From a virus (lineage: Duplodnaviria; Caudoviricetes), in the IMG/VR virus record IMGVR_UViG_3300049827_000308, positions 1 to 37,314 of that record: a stretch of DNA of 37,314 bases. One strand, 5' to 3'. The notes under the pieces are model-generated. The model saw only the letters and a program-made list of their open reading frames with translations, did not search any database and was not told the origin of the DNA. The translations under genes and the position numbers were made by a program. Below, piece after piece: positions 9,187 through 18,295 of the stretch; positions within the stretch are counted from its first letter, which is position 1, and each line of letters starts with the position of its first letter.

Positions 9187-11567
9187 CAATCCTCCAAGTA
9201 ATCGACACGATTCCCATCCGCGAGCAGATACCACTTACGGGTGCGCGGGTCGAAATGCGCCGTGACTTTCTGATTCGCGCGCTTGCGCCGCTCGGCTTCC
9301 TGCCTGAAGTGCTCCGGGATCTGGGACAGGTCGTGCACTCGCGCGTCAACAGCCTGATCGGCGCGCTCGAACAACTTTCCCTTGTTCGCTCCCCACGTTG
9401 CGCCAAACAACGGGATCTTCACCCCGGTCCCCTCGATCACCATATCCGACAAAAAACCACGCGAGATTTCGCTCACACGCCCAGGAGAAAGCGGCTTGTT
9501 CTTGTTCTGTTTGATCTCTTCCTTGACGGCCTCCTCGATCGCGACAAAGGCATTGGCCTTGCGGACATCCCAGGCCTGTTTCTCCGCATCACTTTTCGGA
9601 GCATTTTTTTCCGGGAAGAAGACTCCAATCTCTCTATTGATGGACTGCCGCGCCGTCTCGATCTGCACGTCTTTCTTTCCGGCCTTCATGTTGTTTTGCA
9701 AGACGACCAGCTCATGCCAACGCCCATCCTCGATTTGCGGGTAGTCTTCGAGCAGGTCTCTTAACTCGAAAGCCTTCCGGCTCTCCTCGTCTCCGCTTGC
9801 CAGGTTCAACAGCTCATAGTACCTGCGCGCGCTGGTATCCGGGTCCTTGCGTCTGGCTTTCCCTTCCAGAGCGTTCAATACAGGCTGAACCGCGCCAGGC
9901 TCTGAGTTGAACAGCTCGGAATACGCGGCGGCGCGCGCTGGATCGCTCAGCAGCTCGGCAACGGTCTTCGGTCCATTGGGATCCACGATAGCCCGCGTGA
10001 GCACGTCCTTGTTCTCCTCGACGCGCATCCGCTCAACTTGCTTTCTGACGTTCCATTCCTGCCTGAACTGGGACACGGCGTGATCCGCATACACCGCGTC
10101 ACCTGGGCGCATTTCTTCCGCCCTGGATCGCACGAAAGATTCCATGCTCTCATACCGGCCGGCTTGACTGGAAGGCACGGATTGCCCCAGGTTTGAGAGC
10201 GCCAGGCGGCTTTCCTTGTCGTACCGGCCTTGAACCGCGCTTCTGACTTCCGGTGTTGACCCGCCGTATTGGGTCTTCCGAATCTCGTAGACGGACCGAA
10301 TCAGCCTGGAGGCGTCCTCCGTCCCTGCTTCCGAGAGGGCCTTGTCGAAAATTTTAGCGGCTCCAACCGATCCGTGGCCGGTGGCTGTGCTCCACAAAAC
10401 CTGTTTTAACGCTTCAGGTTGCCGGTCGATGTCATAGCCTGTCTTCTCCAGGATCGCGCGTCGGGCAGGCTCGTAGTGCGTCTTTTCGATGAAATCGTGC
10501 TGAAGGCGCTCGAACCTCCCAGGATCTTCCCTGGCAATCTGTTTCCATACCTTGGGCAGCTCCCCCGCTGCGCTCCCCGTATTGGGATCTCCGGCCTCAG
10601 CCAGGCGGCCATGAATATCCGGACTAGCGTCCTTCAAAAAGTCCACGAAGGACCTGAACGTGCCCGTCTTGGACGCAATCTGGTAGGTTCCATAGGACGT
10701 CCCGCCAACTGAGTCATATCCGACCGCACCAGGGTTTCCTCCCGACTCGAACCTCCTGGACAGAGCGCCTACATCGAAAGCTTCATCGGCTATTTGCCGC
10801 GATGTTTGAGCGTCGAGAAGTGGCCTGATATAGGAGCCAAGCTGCCGCTCCAGGTCAGCCGAAACCATCCCGGAGGCAACGGCTGTCTCCAGCTCTTTCA
10901 GCGCACCGTTCGGGTTTTGGAGCGCCATTCCGGATATGCGCGTCTTGAACAGGTTATCCGTGAAGCTTCGCCGCATGTGCTCCCGGTCTTCGTACTTGAA
11001 GACGCCGGATGCGATCCCTCCGTCAATGGCCGCGTACCCCTGCCGGATGCTGTTCTCGAGAACGGATTGAGTGTCAGCCCGCGCGGCGGATTCCTGAAAA
11101 GCCACGATCGACGAGAGTCCTGCTCCCTTCGCGATGTCCGCGCGCTTGCGCGCAACGTCGTCTCCGATGGAAATGGCGTGGGAGGTCAAGGTTTTGGGAA
11201 AGGTCAGTTGAAAGTATTGTTTGGCTCGGTCACTCCTCAAACCGTTTTCCAGGTTCGTGCCGATCTCTTTCGCTTTTCTCGCCCACTCCATGCGAGCGGA
11301 CTCCGGGTCCGTGTTGAACAGTTCCCCGCTAAGAGTGGACTGCCTAAGATCGGCCATTTGCAACCCTGCATTCGCCATGGCCATGGACACCTGCGCCGTG
11401 TCTTCCGCGTCACGGATCGCCTCGGACCAGTCCAGCCCTTTTCTGACCAGCTTGTTTCCAATCCGTTGCATGACCTCGGGCACGTCGCTTCCCGCGTCCG
11501 CTGGAATGCTCGGAAGGTCCACGGTTGGGACACCCACTCGACTCTGATAACGAGGAATGACAGGCAT
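9186..11567 (-). CDS. Internal virion (ejection) protein with VgrG3-C-like lysozyme/muramidase domain
   Basis: 793 aa. MPVIPRYQ N-terminus typical of podovirus ejection proteins. Central GALSRRFESGGNPGAVGYDSVGGTSYGTYQ..LQHDFIEKTHYEPA..VLWSTATGHG. Confidence 0.8.
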   Translation of the reverse strand: MPVIPRYQSRVGVPTVDLPSIPADAGSDVPEVMQRIGNKLVRKGLDWSEAIRDAEDTAQVSMAMANAGLQMADLRQSTLSGELFNTDPESARMEWARKAKEIGTNLENGLRSDRAKQYFQLTFPKTLTSHAISIGDDVARKRADIAKGAGLSSIVAFQESAARADTQSVLENSIRQGYAAIDGGIASGVFKYEDREHMRRSFTDNLFKTRISGMALQNPNGALKELETAVASGMVSADLERQLGSYIRPLLDAQTSRQIADEAFDVGALSRRFESGGNPGAVGYDSVGGTSYGTYQIASKTGTFRSFVDFLKDASPDIHGRLAEAGDPNTGSAAGELPKVWKQIAREDPGRFERLQHDFIEKTHYEPARRAILEKTGYDIDRQPEALKQVLWSTATGHGSVGAAKIFDKALSEAGTEDASRLIRSVYEIRKTQYGGSTPEVRSAVQGRYDKESRLALSNLGQSVPSSQAGRYESMESFVRSRAEEMRPGDAVYADHAVSQFRQEWNVRKQVERMRVEENKDVLTRAIVDPNGPKTVAELLSDPARAAAYSELFNSEPGAVQPVLNALEGKARRKDPDTSARRYYELLNLASGDEESRKAFELRDLLEDYPQIEDGRWHELVVLQNNMKAGKKDVQIETARQSINREIGVFFPEKNAPKSDAEKQAWDVRKANAFVAIEEAVKEEIKQNKNKPLSPGRVSEISRGFLSDMVIEGTGVKIPLFGATWGANKGKLFERADQAVDARVHDLSQIPEHFRQEAERRKRANQKVTAHFDPRTRKWYLLADGNRVDYLED

Positions 11568-11571
11568 TCGC

Positions 11572-12102
11572 TTATCCTAACCCGTAACTGGAAGACAGTT
11601 TCCGCTTGCCGGTTGAAGGGGCAAACATTTCCATCCCGTAGTCGAGAACGGTTCCGGCGGCAGACAGCCATCCAGCACGGCGTTTTTGCGGAGCCATCCA
11701 GTCGTAAATGGACGCCTGGTAGTTCTTCGACGCCGCTCTCAGGTCTGTTCCGTACCCGATGTTTTGAAGGTCTTCCTCGTAACTCCCGGCTGTTTGAGCC
11801 ATCACGTCAAGTGGCGAGCCGCTCCCGATGTCAACCCCAGCCGCCCCGTACAGGTTGGCCTGCTGCCCGATCATCTGCCGGCGCTCGCGTGACAGTTTCA
11901 ACGACTCGGCCTTGCCTGCCTGCTGAATGCTCTGAGCTTCCATGCGAGCGGCCTTGGCTTGAGCTTCCATCATTTGGGCTTGCTGTTTCCCCTGCTGGAT
12001 GGAAGACACGGCGGATAGCCCGGTACCGAGAGCCCCAAGACCGGCCGAGATCGTGGCTCCCCACCCGCCAAGCATCGCAGGAATGGACGCTAAAAATGCC
12101 AT
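11572..12102 (-). CDS. Small internal virion/ejection protein (T7 gp14-like position)
   Basis: Start moved to ATG 12102 (SD GGAGG). Hydrophobic Gly/Ala N-terminus, Gln/Ala coiled coil, GAAGVDIGSGSPLDV motif. Confidence 0.75.
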   Translation of the reverse strand: MAFLASIPAMLGGWGATISAGLGALGTGLSAVSSIQQGKQQAQMMEAQAKAARMEAQSIQQAGKAESLKLSRERRQMIGQQANLYGAAGVDIGSGSPLDVMAQTAGSYEEDLQNIGYGTDLRAASKNYQASIYDWMAPQKRRAGWLSAAGTVLDYGMEMFAPSTGKRKLSSSYGLG

Positions 12103-12551
12103 GACATATCCTCCCTGACGCGCGCCATCATCACGTAATCCTCTCCATGTGGACCAAACGACCTGGCGATCCCTTCGGTCTCGAACCCGAGCCGCTCTGC
12201 CCAACGGACGTTTCGCTCCAGTCTCGCGTCGATCATGGCCTGCAATCTCCGAATCCCGTGGAACTGCTGCACGTCGTCGATGCAGCTCGTGACAACGCGG
12301 TGAACCATGCGTCCATATTTTGCCATGAGTTCCCCTCCAATCACCACTGCCTCGTACACCCCAGGATAGAGCAACGCGCTAAACACGGCCGACCCGACCA
12401 CCTCACCGTCCACCAGGAGCGTGTAACCGAAGCCTGTTTTTTCGAGGTGCATGAAATAATCCGGGCCAAGGCGCTCGACCAACAAGGGGTCAACATCGCG
12501 AACCTTTATGCTTGAGCTATGCTCTGCTCTGTATGGAACGATCTCCACCAT
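12090..12551 (-). CDS. GNAT-fold acetyltransferase-like virion-assembly protein (T7 gp13-like position)
   Basis: Start moved to MVEIVPY. Motif RRLQAMIDARLERNVRWAERLGFETEG..FGPHGEDY. Confidence 0.75.
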   Translation of the reverse strand: MVEIVPYRAEHSSSIKVRDVDPLLVERLGPDYFMHLEKTGFGYTLLVDGEVVGSAVFSALLYPGVYEAVVIGGELMAKYGRMVHRVVTSCIDDVQQFHGIRRLQAMIDARLERNVRWAERLGFETEGIARSFGPHGEDYVMMARVREDMSWHF

Positions 12552-12567
12552 GAAATCACGCACATCC

Positions 12568-13233
12568 TTAGATGGGGACTTCCTCCCAAAGCAGCATCGA
12601 CGCAACGCTGATGGTGGTTGTGGAGGTCGTGTTGAGCAGCGCCAATACACCACCAGGAGGGACAATCAGCGACCCGTCGAATTCCTCGGTCGATGCTGGG
12701 CTAAAAAGTGGAGTCGCAGTAGCACCCTGTGCGGCAACAAGGGGACCGAATGCGGCGGCCTGCTGAATCACCAGGTTGTTTGTGATTCCGGTCAGCGCCA
12801 CTGCGGCAGTGAACCCCTTGGCTTGACTTCCGGCAGCAGCCAAAGTCTTACGGTTCAACGGAGCCAACCCGGTAGTGATCGCCCCATTGTTGATGCTCGT
12901 GGCCCACACAAAAGCCCCAGGAGCAACCGCACTGTTCCCGGCAACAGACGTTTGCAAGATTGCCTTTGCAATCACCAAGTTCACCGTCGAGGCCAAGGGA
13001 TTCCAGACGCCGACGATAGGAGTGGTTGTAGCCGTGAGGGTGATCGTGTTGGCGGAAAGAGCCGTGGACGTCATCCCGACGGAATAGAGATTCCCTCGAT
13101 AGGCTTGCTCGTACCACTTGCCGTGCAGCTCTGAGACGATTGTGTCGCCAAACTGCCCGAGACGATTATTCCCGCACGTACCGGGAGCCATGGACTGAGC
13201 GGAGGGTGGTCCAACAACGCCTTGCAGCAACAT
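12568..13233 (-). CDS. Beta-rich virion structural protein (fibre/decoration), paralog of 18296..18955
   Basis: 221 aa, Thr/Ala/Gly-rich, SD GGAG. Shares motifs and the C-terminal WEEVPI with 18296..18955. Confidence 0.65.
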   Translation of the reverse strand: MLLQGVVGPPSAQSMAPGTCGNNRLGQFGDTIVSELHGKWYEQAYRGNLYSVGMTSTALSANTITLTATTTPIVGVWNPLASTVNLVIAKAILQTSVAGNSAVAPGAFVWATSINNGAITTGLAPLNRKTLAAAGSQAKGFTAAVALTGITNNLVIQQAAAFGPLVAAQGATATPLFSPASTEEFDGSLIVPPGGVLALLNTTSTTTISVASMLLWEEVPI

Positions 13234-13244
13234 GTCTTACTCCT

Positions 13245-14426
13245 TTACTGTTGGGTTGTTCTGTTGAGCTGAGAATCGAAATTGCCAAGAGTTTCAGTGA
13301 AAAAACCATCCGGACGACTCAACATCAGCGGGAGCTCTTTGAGGTAAAAGCTTTGAAGCCTCAATTCATCCAGGATCAATTCAAGAAGCTCCGTGCTGTT
13401 GAAACGCCCGCAGCTCTCCGACTCGGACACGAGAATTGGATTCATTGATCCCGTGCGAGCCGGGTCCGCACCAACGACGACCTGGTGGCCATAGGCATCT
13501 GAAATGGTCCGCCTGATCTTCGAGTCGTAATCAACTCCTCCGACCGTAACAGGGTTTGCCGTTGGGGTTGATCCAACGGCCACGTTGCCGCCCACTCCAG
13601 GAAGGCCGGAAACTCCTCCAGTGACGACCGCCGTCCCTCCCCACTGCGCGATGTTGGCGACGCTCGTCGCAAACGGGGCCGAAGTCATTCTGTACGTTGC
13701 CAGGCACGAAACTTGCCCACCTGCAACCGTCGTTGAAACGCGCACCCTGAATCGCTCGAAGAAAATCGGTCCGACAAAAAAACGGTTGGCACTGGCGGCA
13801 AGCGTCAGTGACGTAACACCCACCGAGCTCGTAGCGGCTGAATCAATCAATTGAACCGCCACCCATGCGTTCCCATCACTCGATCCCTCGAAGCTCAGAA
13901 CCCCGGCAGATACTCCTGCACCCGTAATGATTTGAAGGGCGACGGTTCGATATTGCAGGCCGTCTTGGTAGGCCATCAAAACACCAGCCACTGGATTGAG
14001 CTTCGAAACGATGGGGGCTTTAAAATCCAGGAATTGCTCTTGTGCGATTGCAACCGGAAACGACCCACTAAGAGGTTGAATCCCGGTTAAACCCGGAACA
14101 ATCTCCACCTGGTCCACGTCAGCGAATCGAGAGGACGAGGATCCATTGTCGCCCGGTGCATTTCCTGGCATCGACAGGATTATTTGCAGTCTGTCGGAAT
14201 CCGCCATCCCGTTGCATGAGGAGTTGAACGTCAAAACGTTTCCGGAAAGCGACCCGCCGCACGTTGTAGAGGGTCCAGCGAAATTGTAGAGGATGACGCC
14301 GCGAGTCACGTTTGTGACCAACAAGACCTGCTCTAGGGAAAACGCAGGAAGATCCGAGAGCGTTACGGTTTGGGAGGTTGGGCTGAACGCATAGGACCCT
14401 GCGTCAACGCCGACGATGATCTTCAA
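13245..14426 (-). CDS. Virion structural/fibre protein
   Basis: 393 aa. N-terminal YAFSPTSQTVTL..LEQVLLVTNVTRGVILYNFA motif of phage fibre/baseplate-associated proteins, central beta-sandwich, C-terminal helix LLELILDELRL. Confidence 0.6.
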   Translation of the reverse strand: MKIIVGVDAGSYAFSPTSQTVTLSDLPAFSLEQVLLVTNVTRGVILYNFAGPSTTCGGSLSGNVLTFNSSCNGMADSDRLQIILSMPGNAPGDNGSSSSRFADVDQVEIVPGLTGIQPLSGSFPVAIAQEQFLDFKAPIVSKLNPVAGVLMAYQDGLQYRTVALQIITGAGVSAGVLSFEGSSDGNAWVAVQLIDSAATSSVGVTSLTLAASANRFFVGPIFFERFRVRVSTTVAGGQVSCLATYRMTSAPFATSVANIAQWGGTAVVTGGVSGLPGVGGNVAVGSTPTANPVTVGGVDYDSKIRRTISDAYGHQVVVGADPARTGSMNPILVSESESCGRFNSTELLELILDELRLQSFYLKELPLMLSRPDGFFTETLGNFDSQLNRTTQQ

Positions 14427-14430
14427 AGCT

Positions 14431-14709
14431 TTATCCTCCGAGCGCGACGGCCATCGCTACCGCGAACGGCCCTGGGTCGGGTGGAGATCCGTGCGTGTGG
14501 TCGTCCAGCGCGAAAAATTGCCCCGCCCCAACATCGGGAGCAATCCCCCACGTGGTTTCGTCCGCTACAAAGATTCCCTGGGTTGGCCGAAAATGCTTTC
14601 GTATGTCCTGGTAAATCGTTAAGGTTTTTTCTGGCTTTAACGGAGGCCTGTCACCTGGTGGGTACGCCGTAACCGTCCGCCCTATTTTTTTGCCTGTGTC
14701 ATCAGTCAT
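14431..14709 (-). CDS. Small structural connector protein ending AVAMAVALGG
   Basis: 92 aa, overlaps the nozzle stop. The C-terminal A-x-A-M-A-x-A-L-G motif is common in phage fibre subunits. Confidence 0.6.
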   Translation of the reverse strand: MTDDTGKKIGRTVTAYPPGDRPPLKPEKTLTIYQDIRKHFRPTQGIFVADETTWGIAPDVGAGQFFALDDHTHGSPPDPGPFAVAMAVALGG

Positions 14710-17464
14710 TGGTTTGCACCACCGTTACCAATCCCAAAAGCGTCATTGGATAGGGCTGATCCTGCACGATGTATGGTGCGGCATCGTCCGACCAGTCCCC
14801 AGGCCAGGTCAATTCAGCGTGTCCGCGTTTGAGCGTCGGGACCGCCTCCATCAGGGTTACGTCTGGGACGAATGTCTTGATTGGATAGAGACTGGACAAT
14901 AGTGCTCCGTACTTTCCGCACAAAGTATTCAGAAATCGTCCGTATACCCGCAAGATCTTCTTCGTGCGGGCCTGCGCCGTGCCATCCTGTGCCCCGGCCT
15001 CGATGCTCATGGGCTGCACAACCGAAGTGTACTTGAGACCGGCACACACCGTGGACGCCGTCAACGAATCAGGCAACGTGATCCGTCCGGACGCCACCGT
15101 GCATTCCCCGACATACCACCCGTCCGCCACAACCGACACCGAATGGCCTTCCAAATGGTCGAGACCCGTAAACGTATTAGAGGGTGGGCTAACCGATCCG
15201 GACAGAGAACAATCCAGGCACACGTACTCATCGGCACTGGACGCCGAGGAGTTGTCTGCAACCACCTCAATGAATCGTTTTCGCGCTCCGCCTATCGTCC
15301 GATCAGTGATCACCCAAGTTTCGTCGGTGCCTTCCGAGCCACCCATTGAGGACGGGATAGTCGACACCCACAAGAAATCCCCCTCCGTCGTTCGCCTGGA
15401 CCACCCGACCACATTCTGGGCCATTGAATAGGCGAGATCCACCATGTCGCCGTTGGACAGTACGCAATGGATGATGGAGTAGGGTTCTTGCTGATAGGCA
15501 ACGGACAAAATCCCGGACTGCGTGATGTGCTCCGAAAACTCCGTGAGGTCATTCGCCGTTAAGCTGTCGCTCTCGAGGGAATACCCGAGGGCAATGAGCT
15601 TTCGACGAGAACGTTGCAGAAATACGATGGACGATCCTATCCCCATGGGGCGGAGGCCTGTTGCGCTCCCAGTAGTGGACTTTAGGACTATATCCAAGTT
15701 TGATCCGCTCAGGACACCACTCTTCACTGGGAGAATTTCCACTTCCTCGCCCAAGGTCCCGACTATCAGATCTCCCAACGACCTGAGCCACTCGATTCGG
15801 TTGTCCACAACATTGAGCGTGATCGAGAACGCGGCGTCTTCCGTGTCTCCTCCCGGAACGAACCGCTCGTAATCCGAAGACCACGAGAACCACACGGAAT
15901 AGGGCTGATAGTCCGTGCTTGCGAAAACCATCCGCGACGAATGAAACGCAACCGCTTTGGGATATCCGCGCACACCCGACCAGGCACCCTCACGCCAGGT
16001 CGGCGTTGGATCGGTGGAGCCAAGTGGGCTGACCACATCCACCGTTGCAGTGTGCCCATTGGATACCCCGGTGATCCGGACCACACCCCAACGTTCGTTT
16101 TGGGCAATGGTCATGCCGACCCCACCAGACGTCACTGTTTCGAGGACGCACTTGTACCAAACATTATCTGCTGTTTCGGTGAACTCCTGCTTGGTGCTGT
16201 AGTGGAAGCTTGCAACGTCATACCAAACGTAACGATTGAACGATTTTTTCAGTACGACGCGCCCGACAAAATCGTTATCAGGACTTGCGTCCACGTAGAA
16301 ATTGCCCTTGATCTCAACGTCGTCCGTTTCGCTACCAGCGGACACAAGACGCTCATGGACGCTGTCCCCACTATGGCGCAGTCGCCACAAACTGCCGACG
16401 TGACCAGACTCGAAAACGTCAGGATAACCAACTGGGCGATAGATGATCTTGAGTCGCCAATCCGTAGAAAGCGGAGTCACGGCGCCGGTTGGAGTGGCGG
16501 AATATCCGGACAGGTACGACGAAGACCCGGCCGAGGTGACGTCCGCTCGGATCGCGGCATCGGTCGCGGCAATGCCGATCACGATCGCATAGGTTGCTCC
16601 ATCGGTCATGGCTGGAAGCGTTGAGAACGCGAACACCTTCTCGCCTGCCGTGCCCACGTCTTGCGTGCCACTGGTTGCGAGAGCCGACCCGGTAGCCTTG
16701 CTCCCATCCGAAGCGTACAAGTACGCCGTGGCGAGATCACTCGCAGAAGCTCCGGTCGTTACATTGACCGTAACGGATTCCAGGTCGCCCCCTTCGGCCT
16801 CGAAAATGAACACGGCAAACGGACGCCCTGCTGTCAGGAATTCCTCCGGGGTTCCGACAGTCAGGTCAAACGTCCCCATGTCGGTTGCAACCGTGAGATT
16901 GGACGCTTCCAGCGTGACGCCGGTCCCCGTCGTGGCGCTTGCGGCAAGATGAGTTATCCCGTCAATGTTCTCGTCGAGATAAGGGCCGTCTTCCCATACC
17001 ACTTGGTCCAGGGACCAGTCGTCGTGAGCATACCGAGTGAGCTTGTAGACCGGATAATCCGAGTGCGCGATATAGATCACATCGGCGGACCGCGCAAACT
17101 GCAATCCCTTCAGGTCGGTTGACAAATAAGGGGAGGCGATTTCGTAGGGCGTCCCGGGCGCAGAAGGATTTTCTATCTGACCTCGATCCTTAAGAAACCG
17201 GATGTACTGATGTCCAAATTCGAGCTGATATGCCTGAACGTTGCTGAATCTGAAATCAACCAGAATAGCGTCTCTGCCTGAATACTTTGTCTCGCAAACA
17301 TATTGAAACCCTGGGTAGCTACTGATCGCGCCGTGCTTGTGGATGAGAAAGTTTTCCAGGGTTCGGCATCCGCCGTAGTACTTCTTTAGCCTGACGGCCC
17401 CCTCAAGCAGGGGCGACAGCTCTCCGGAATTGAACTCGGTCTGGTGCTGGTATTCGCGCGGCAT
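14702..17464 (-). CDS. Tail tubular protein B / nozzle (T7 gp12-like)
   Basis: Start moved to MPREYQHQTEFNSGELSPLL (overlaps the upstream TGA). Motifs: LEFGHQYIRF, WREGAWSGVRGYP, AYQQEP, LDHLEG, VGLxY-like CAGLKY. Confidence 0.9.
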   Translation of the reverse strand: MPREYQHQTEFNSGELSPLLEGAVRLKKYYGGCRTLENFLIHKHGAISSYPGFQYVCETKYSGRDAILVDFRFSNVQAYQLEFGHQYIRFLKDRGQIENPSAPGTPYEIASPYLSTDLKGLQFARSADVIYIAHSDYPVYKLTRYAHDDWSLDQVVWEDGPYLDENIDGITHLAASATTGTGVTLEASNLTVATDMGTFDLTVGTPEEFLTAGRPFAVFIFEAEGGDLESVTVNVTTGASASDLATAYLYASDGSKATGSALATSGTQDVGTAGEKVFAFSTLPAMTDGATYAIVIGIAATDAAIRADVTSAGSSSYLSGYSATPTGAVTPLSTDWRLKIIYRPVGYPDVFESGHVGSLWRLRHSGDSVHERLVSAGSETDDVEIKGNFYVDASPDNDFVGRVVLKKSFNRYVWYDVASFHYSTKQEFTETADNVWYKCVLETVTSGGVGMTIAQNERWGVVRITGVSNGHTATVDVVSPLGSTDPTPTWREGAWSGVRGYPKAVAFHSSRMVFASTDYQPYSVWFSWSSDYERFVPGGDTEDAAFSITLNVVDNRIEWLRSLGDLIVGTLGEEVEILPVKSGVLSGSNLDIVLKSTTGSATGLRPMGIGSSIVFLQRSRRKLIALGYSLESDSLTANDLTEFSEHITQSGILSVAYQQEPYSIIHCVLSNGDMVDLAYSMAQNVVGWSRRTTEGDFLWVSTIPSSMGGSEGTDETWVITDRTIGGARKRFIEVVADNSSASSADEYVCLDCSLSGSVSPPSNTFTGLDHLEGHSVSVVADGWYVGECTVASGRITLPDSLTASTVCAGLKYTSVVQPMSIEAGAQDGTAQARTKKILRVYGRFLNTLCGKYGALLSSLYPIKTFVPDVTLMEAVPTLKRGHAELTWPGDWSDDAAPYIVQDQPYPMTLLGLVTVVQTND

Positions 17465-18051
17465 CAGCGAGCGTCTTTCCATGATGAGGTTTTGCGCATG
17501 ACAGCGCCGGATTGAATGTTGTCTGAAGCCCGAGCTTCCCTGAGACGCATCTCGGCCAACTGAAGCATCGCCTGAGTGGTCGAGCCACTCTTTGTCAATG
17601 CCGAGGCCAGCATCGCGGCCAACGCAGCAGCCAGGGCAGAACAAAACAACGGAGAGAAACGGCCGGTCTCCTCAACTCGGCGCACGTATTTCAGGTAAAC
17701 GGCCGTCTCGTTCGTCAAGACACGCCCGGACTCGATTCGACAAGACATCTTGGACCGGTCGTCAACGTCCATGTCGTCCGTATAAGCCGTTGCCTCGAGG
17801 ACTCGGATGCAGTCCGCCGGGATGACATAAGCATACGTAAATCCGTAAGTCGGTGCCTCGGCATCCTGCTGAAGCGCAACACGTGTTGTAGCGAATGACC
17901 AGGCGAACCGTTCGAGTAACTGGTCGCGCGCAACATCCCAAAACGCCTTGACCTTGACGGCTTTCGGGTCCTGGGTATCGTCGATGTCGTCAATAGGCAT
18001 CTCTCCCAGTAACCCAAGCGCTTCGTTCACAATGCCCAGTTGGCTTGCCAT
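17464..18051 (-). CDS. Tail tubular protein A / adaptor (T7 gp11-like)
   Basis: IVNEALGLLGE..ARDQLLERFAWSFA..YAYVIPADCIRV..FSPLFCSALAAALA. Confidence 0.85.
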   Translation of the reverse strand: MASQLGIVNEALGLLGEMPIDDIDDTQDPKAVKVKAFWDVARDQLLERFAWSFATTRVALQQDAEAPTYGFTYAYVIPADCIRVLEATAYTDDMDVDDRSKMSCRIESGRVLTNETAVYLKYVRRVEETGRFSPLFCSALAAALAAMLASALTKSGSTTQAMLQLAEMRLREARASDNIQSGAVMRKTSSWKDAR

Positions 18052-18249
18052 TTACACCCCCAGGGTGGGTCTCAGTACATTTGCTGATGTACCGATTTCT
18101 CCGGCGAAAATAGACTGCTGCTTGCCGATCGACCGCAGACGACGTAACCGTTCCGCCTTTTCGGCATTCGGGATCGCCTCGTCCTCGACTTTCGGAGGAG
18201 GGGGAAGTTTCGGCTCTGGAGGCTCCGGAGATGAAAACAAACTGCCCAT
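18052..18249 (-). CDS. Small Pro-rich virion protein (T7 gp7.3/6.7-like)
   Basis: MGSLFSSPEPPEPKLPPPP..RxG..SIFAG..TLG, SD GGAG. Confidence 0.6.
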   Translation of the reverse strand: MGSLFSSPEPPEPKLPPPPKVEDEAIPNAEKAERLRRLRSIGKQQSIFAGEIGTSANVLRPTLGV

Positions 18250-18266
18250 GCGAGCTCCTTTCGGAT

Positions 18267-18289
18267 GGAGGGGGACTTAGCCCCCCCCC
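18267..18289 (-). terminator. GC-rich intergenic hairpin without a U-tract (possible attenuator or processing site)
   Basis: Minus strand GGGGGGGGGC-TAA-GTCCCCCTCC, between the head genes and the tail genes. Confidence 0.35.
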
Positions 18290-18295
18290 TATCGA

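Noticed and set aside
3541-12104. Long plus-strand ORFs (3541..4467, 4921..5715, 7495..8922, 10794..12104)
   Set aside because: They are antisense shadows of GC-rich minus-strand genes, with no motifs and no supporting operon context.
18281-18289. C9 tract as a phase-variation site
   Set aside because: It is intergenic, outside any evident promoter, and better explained as one arm of a hairpin.
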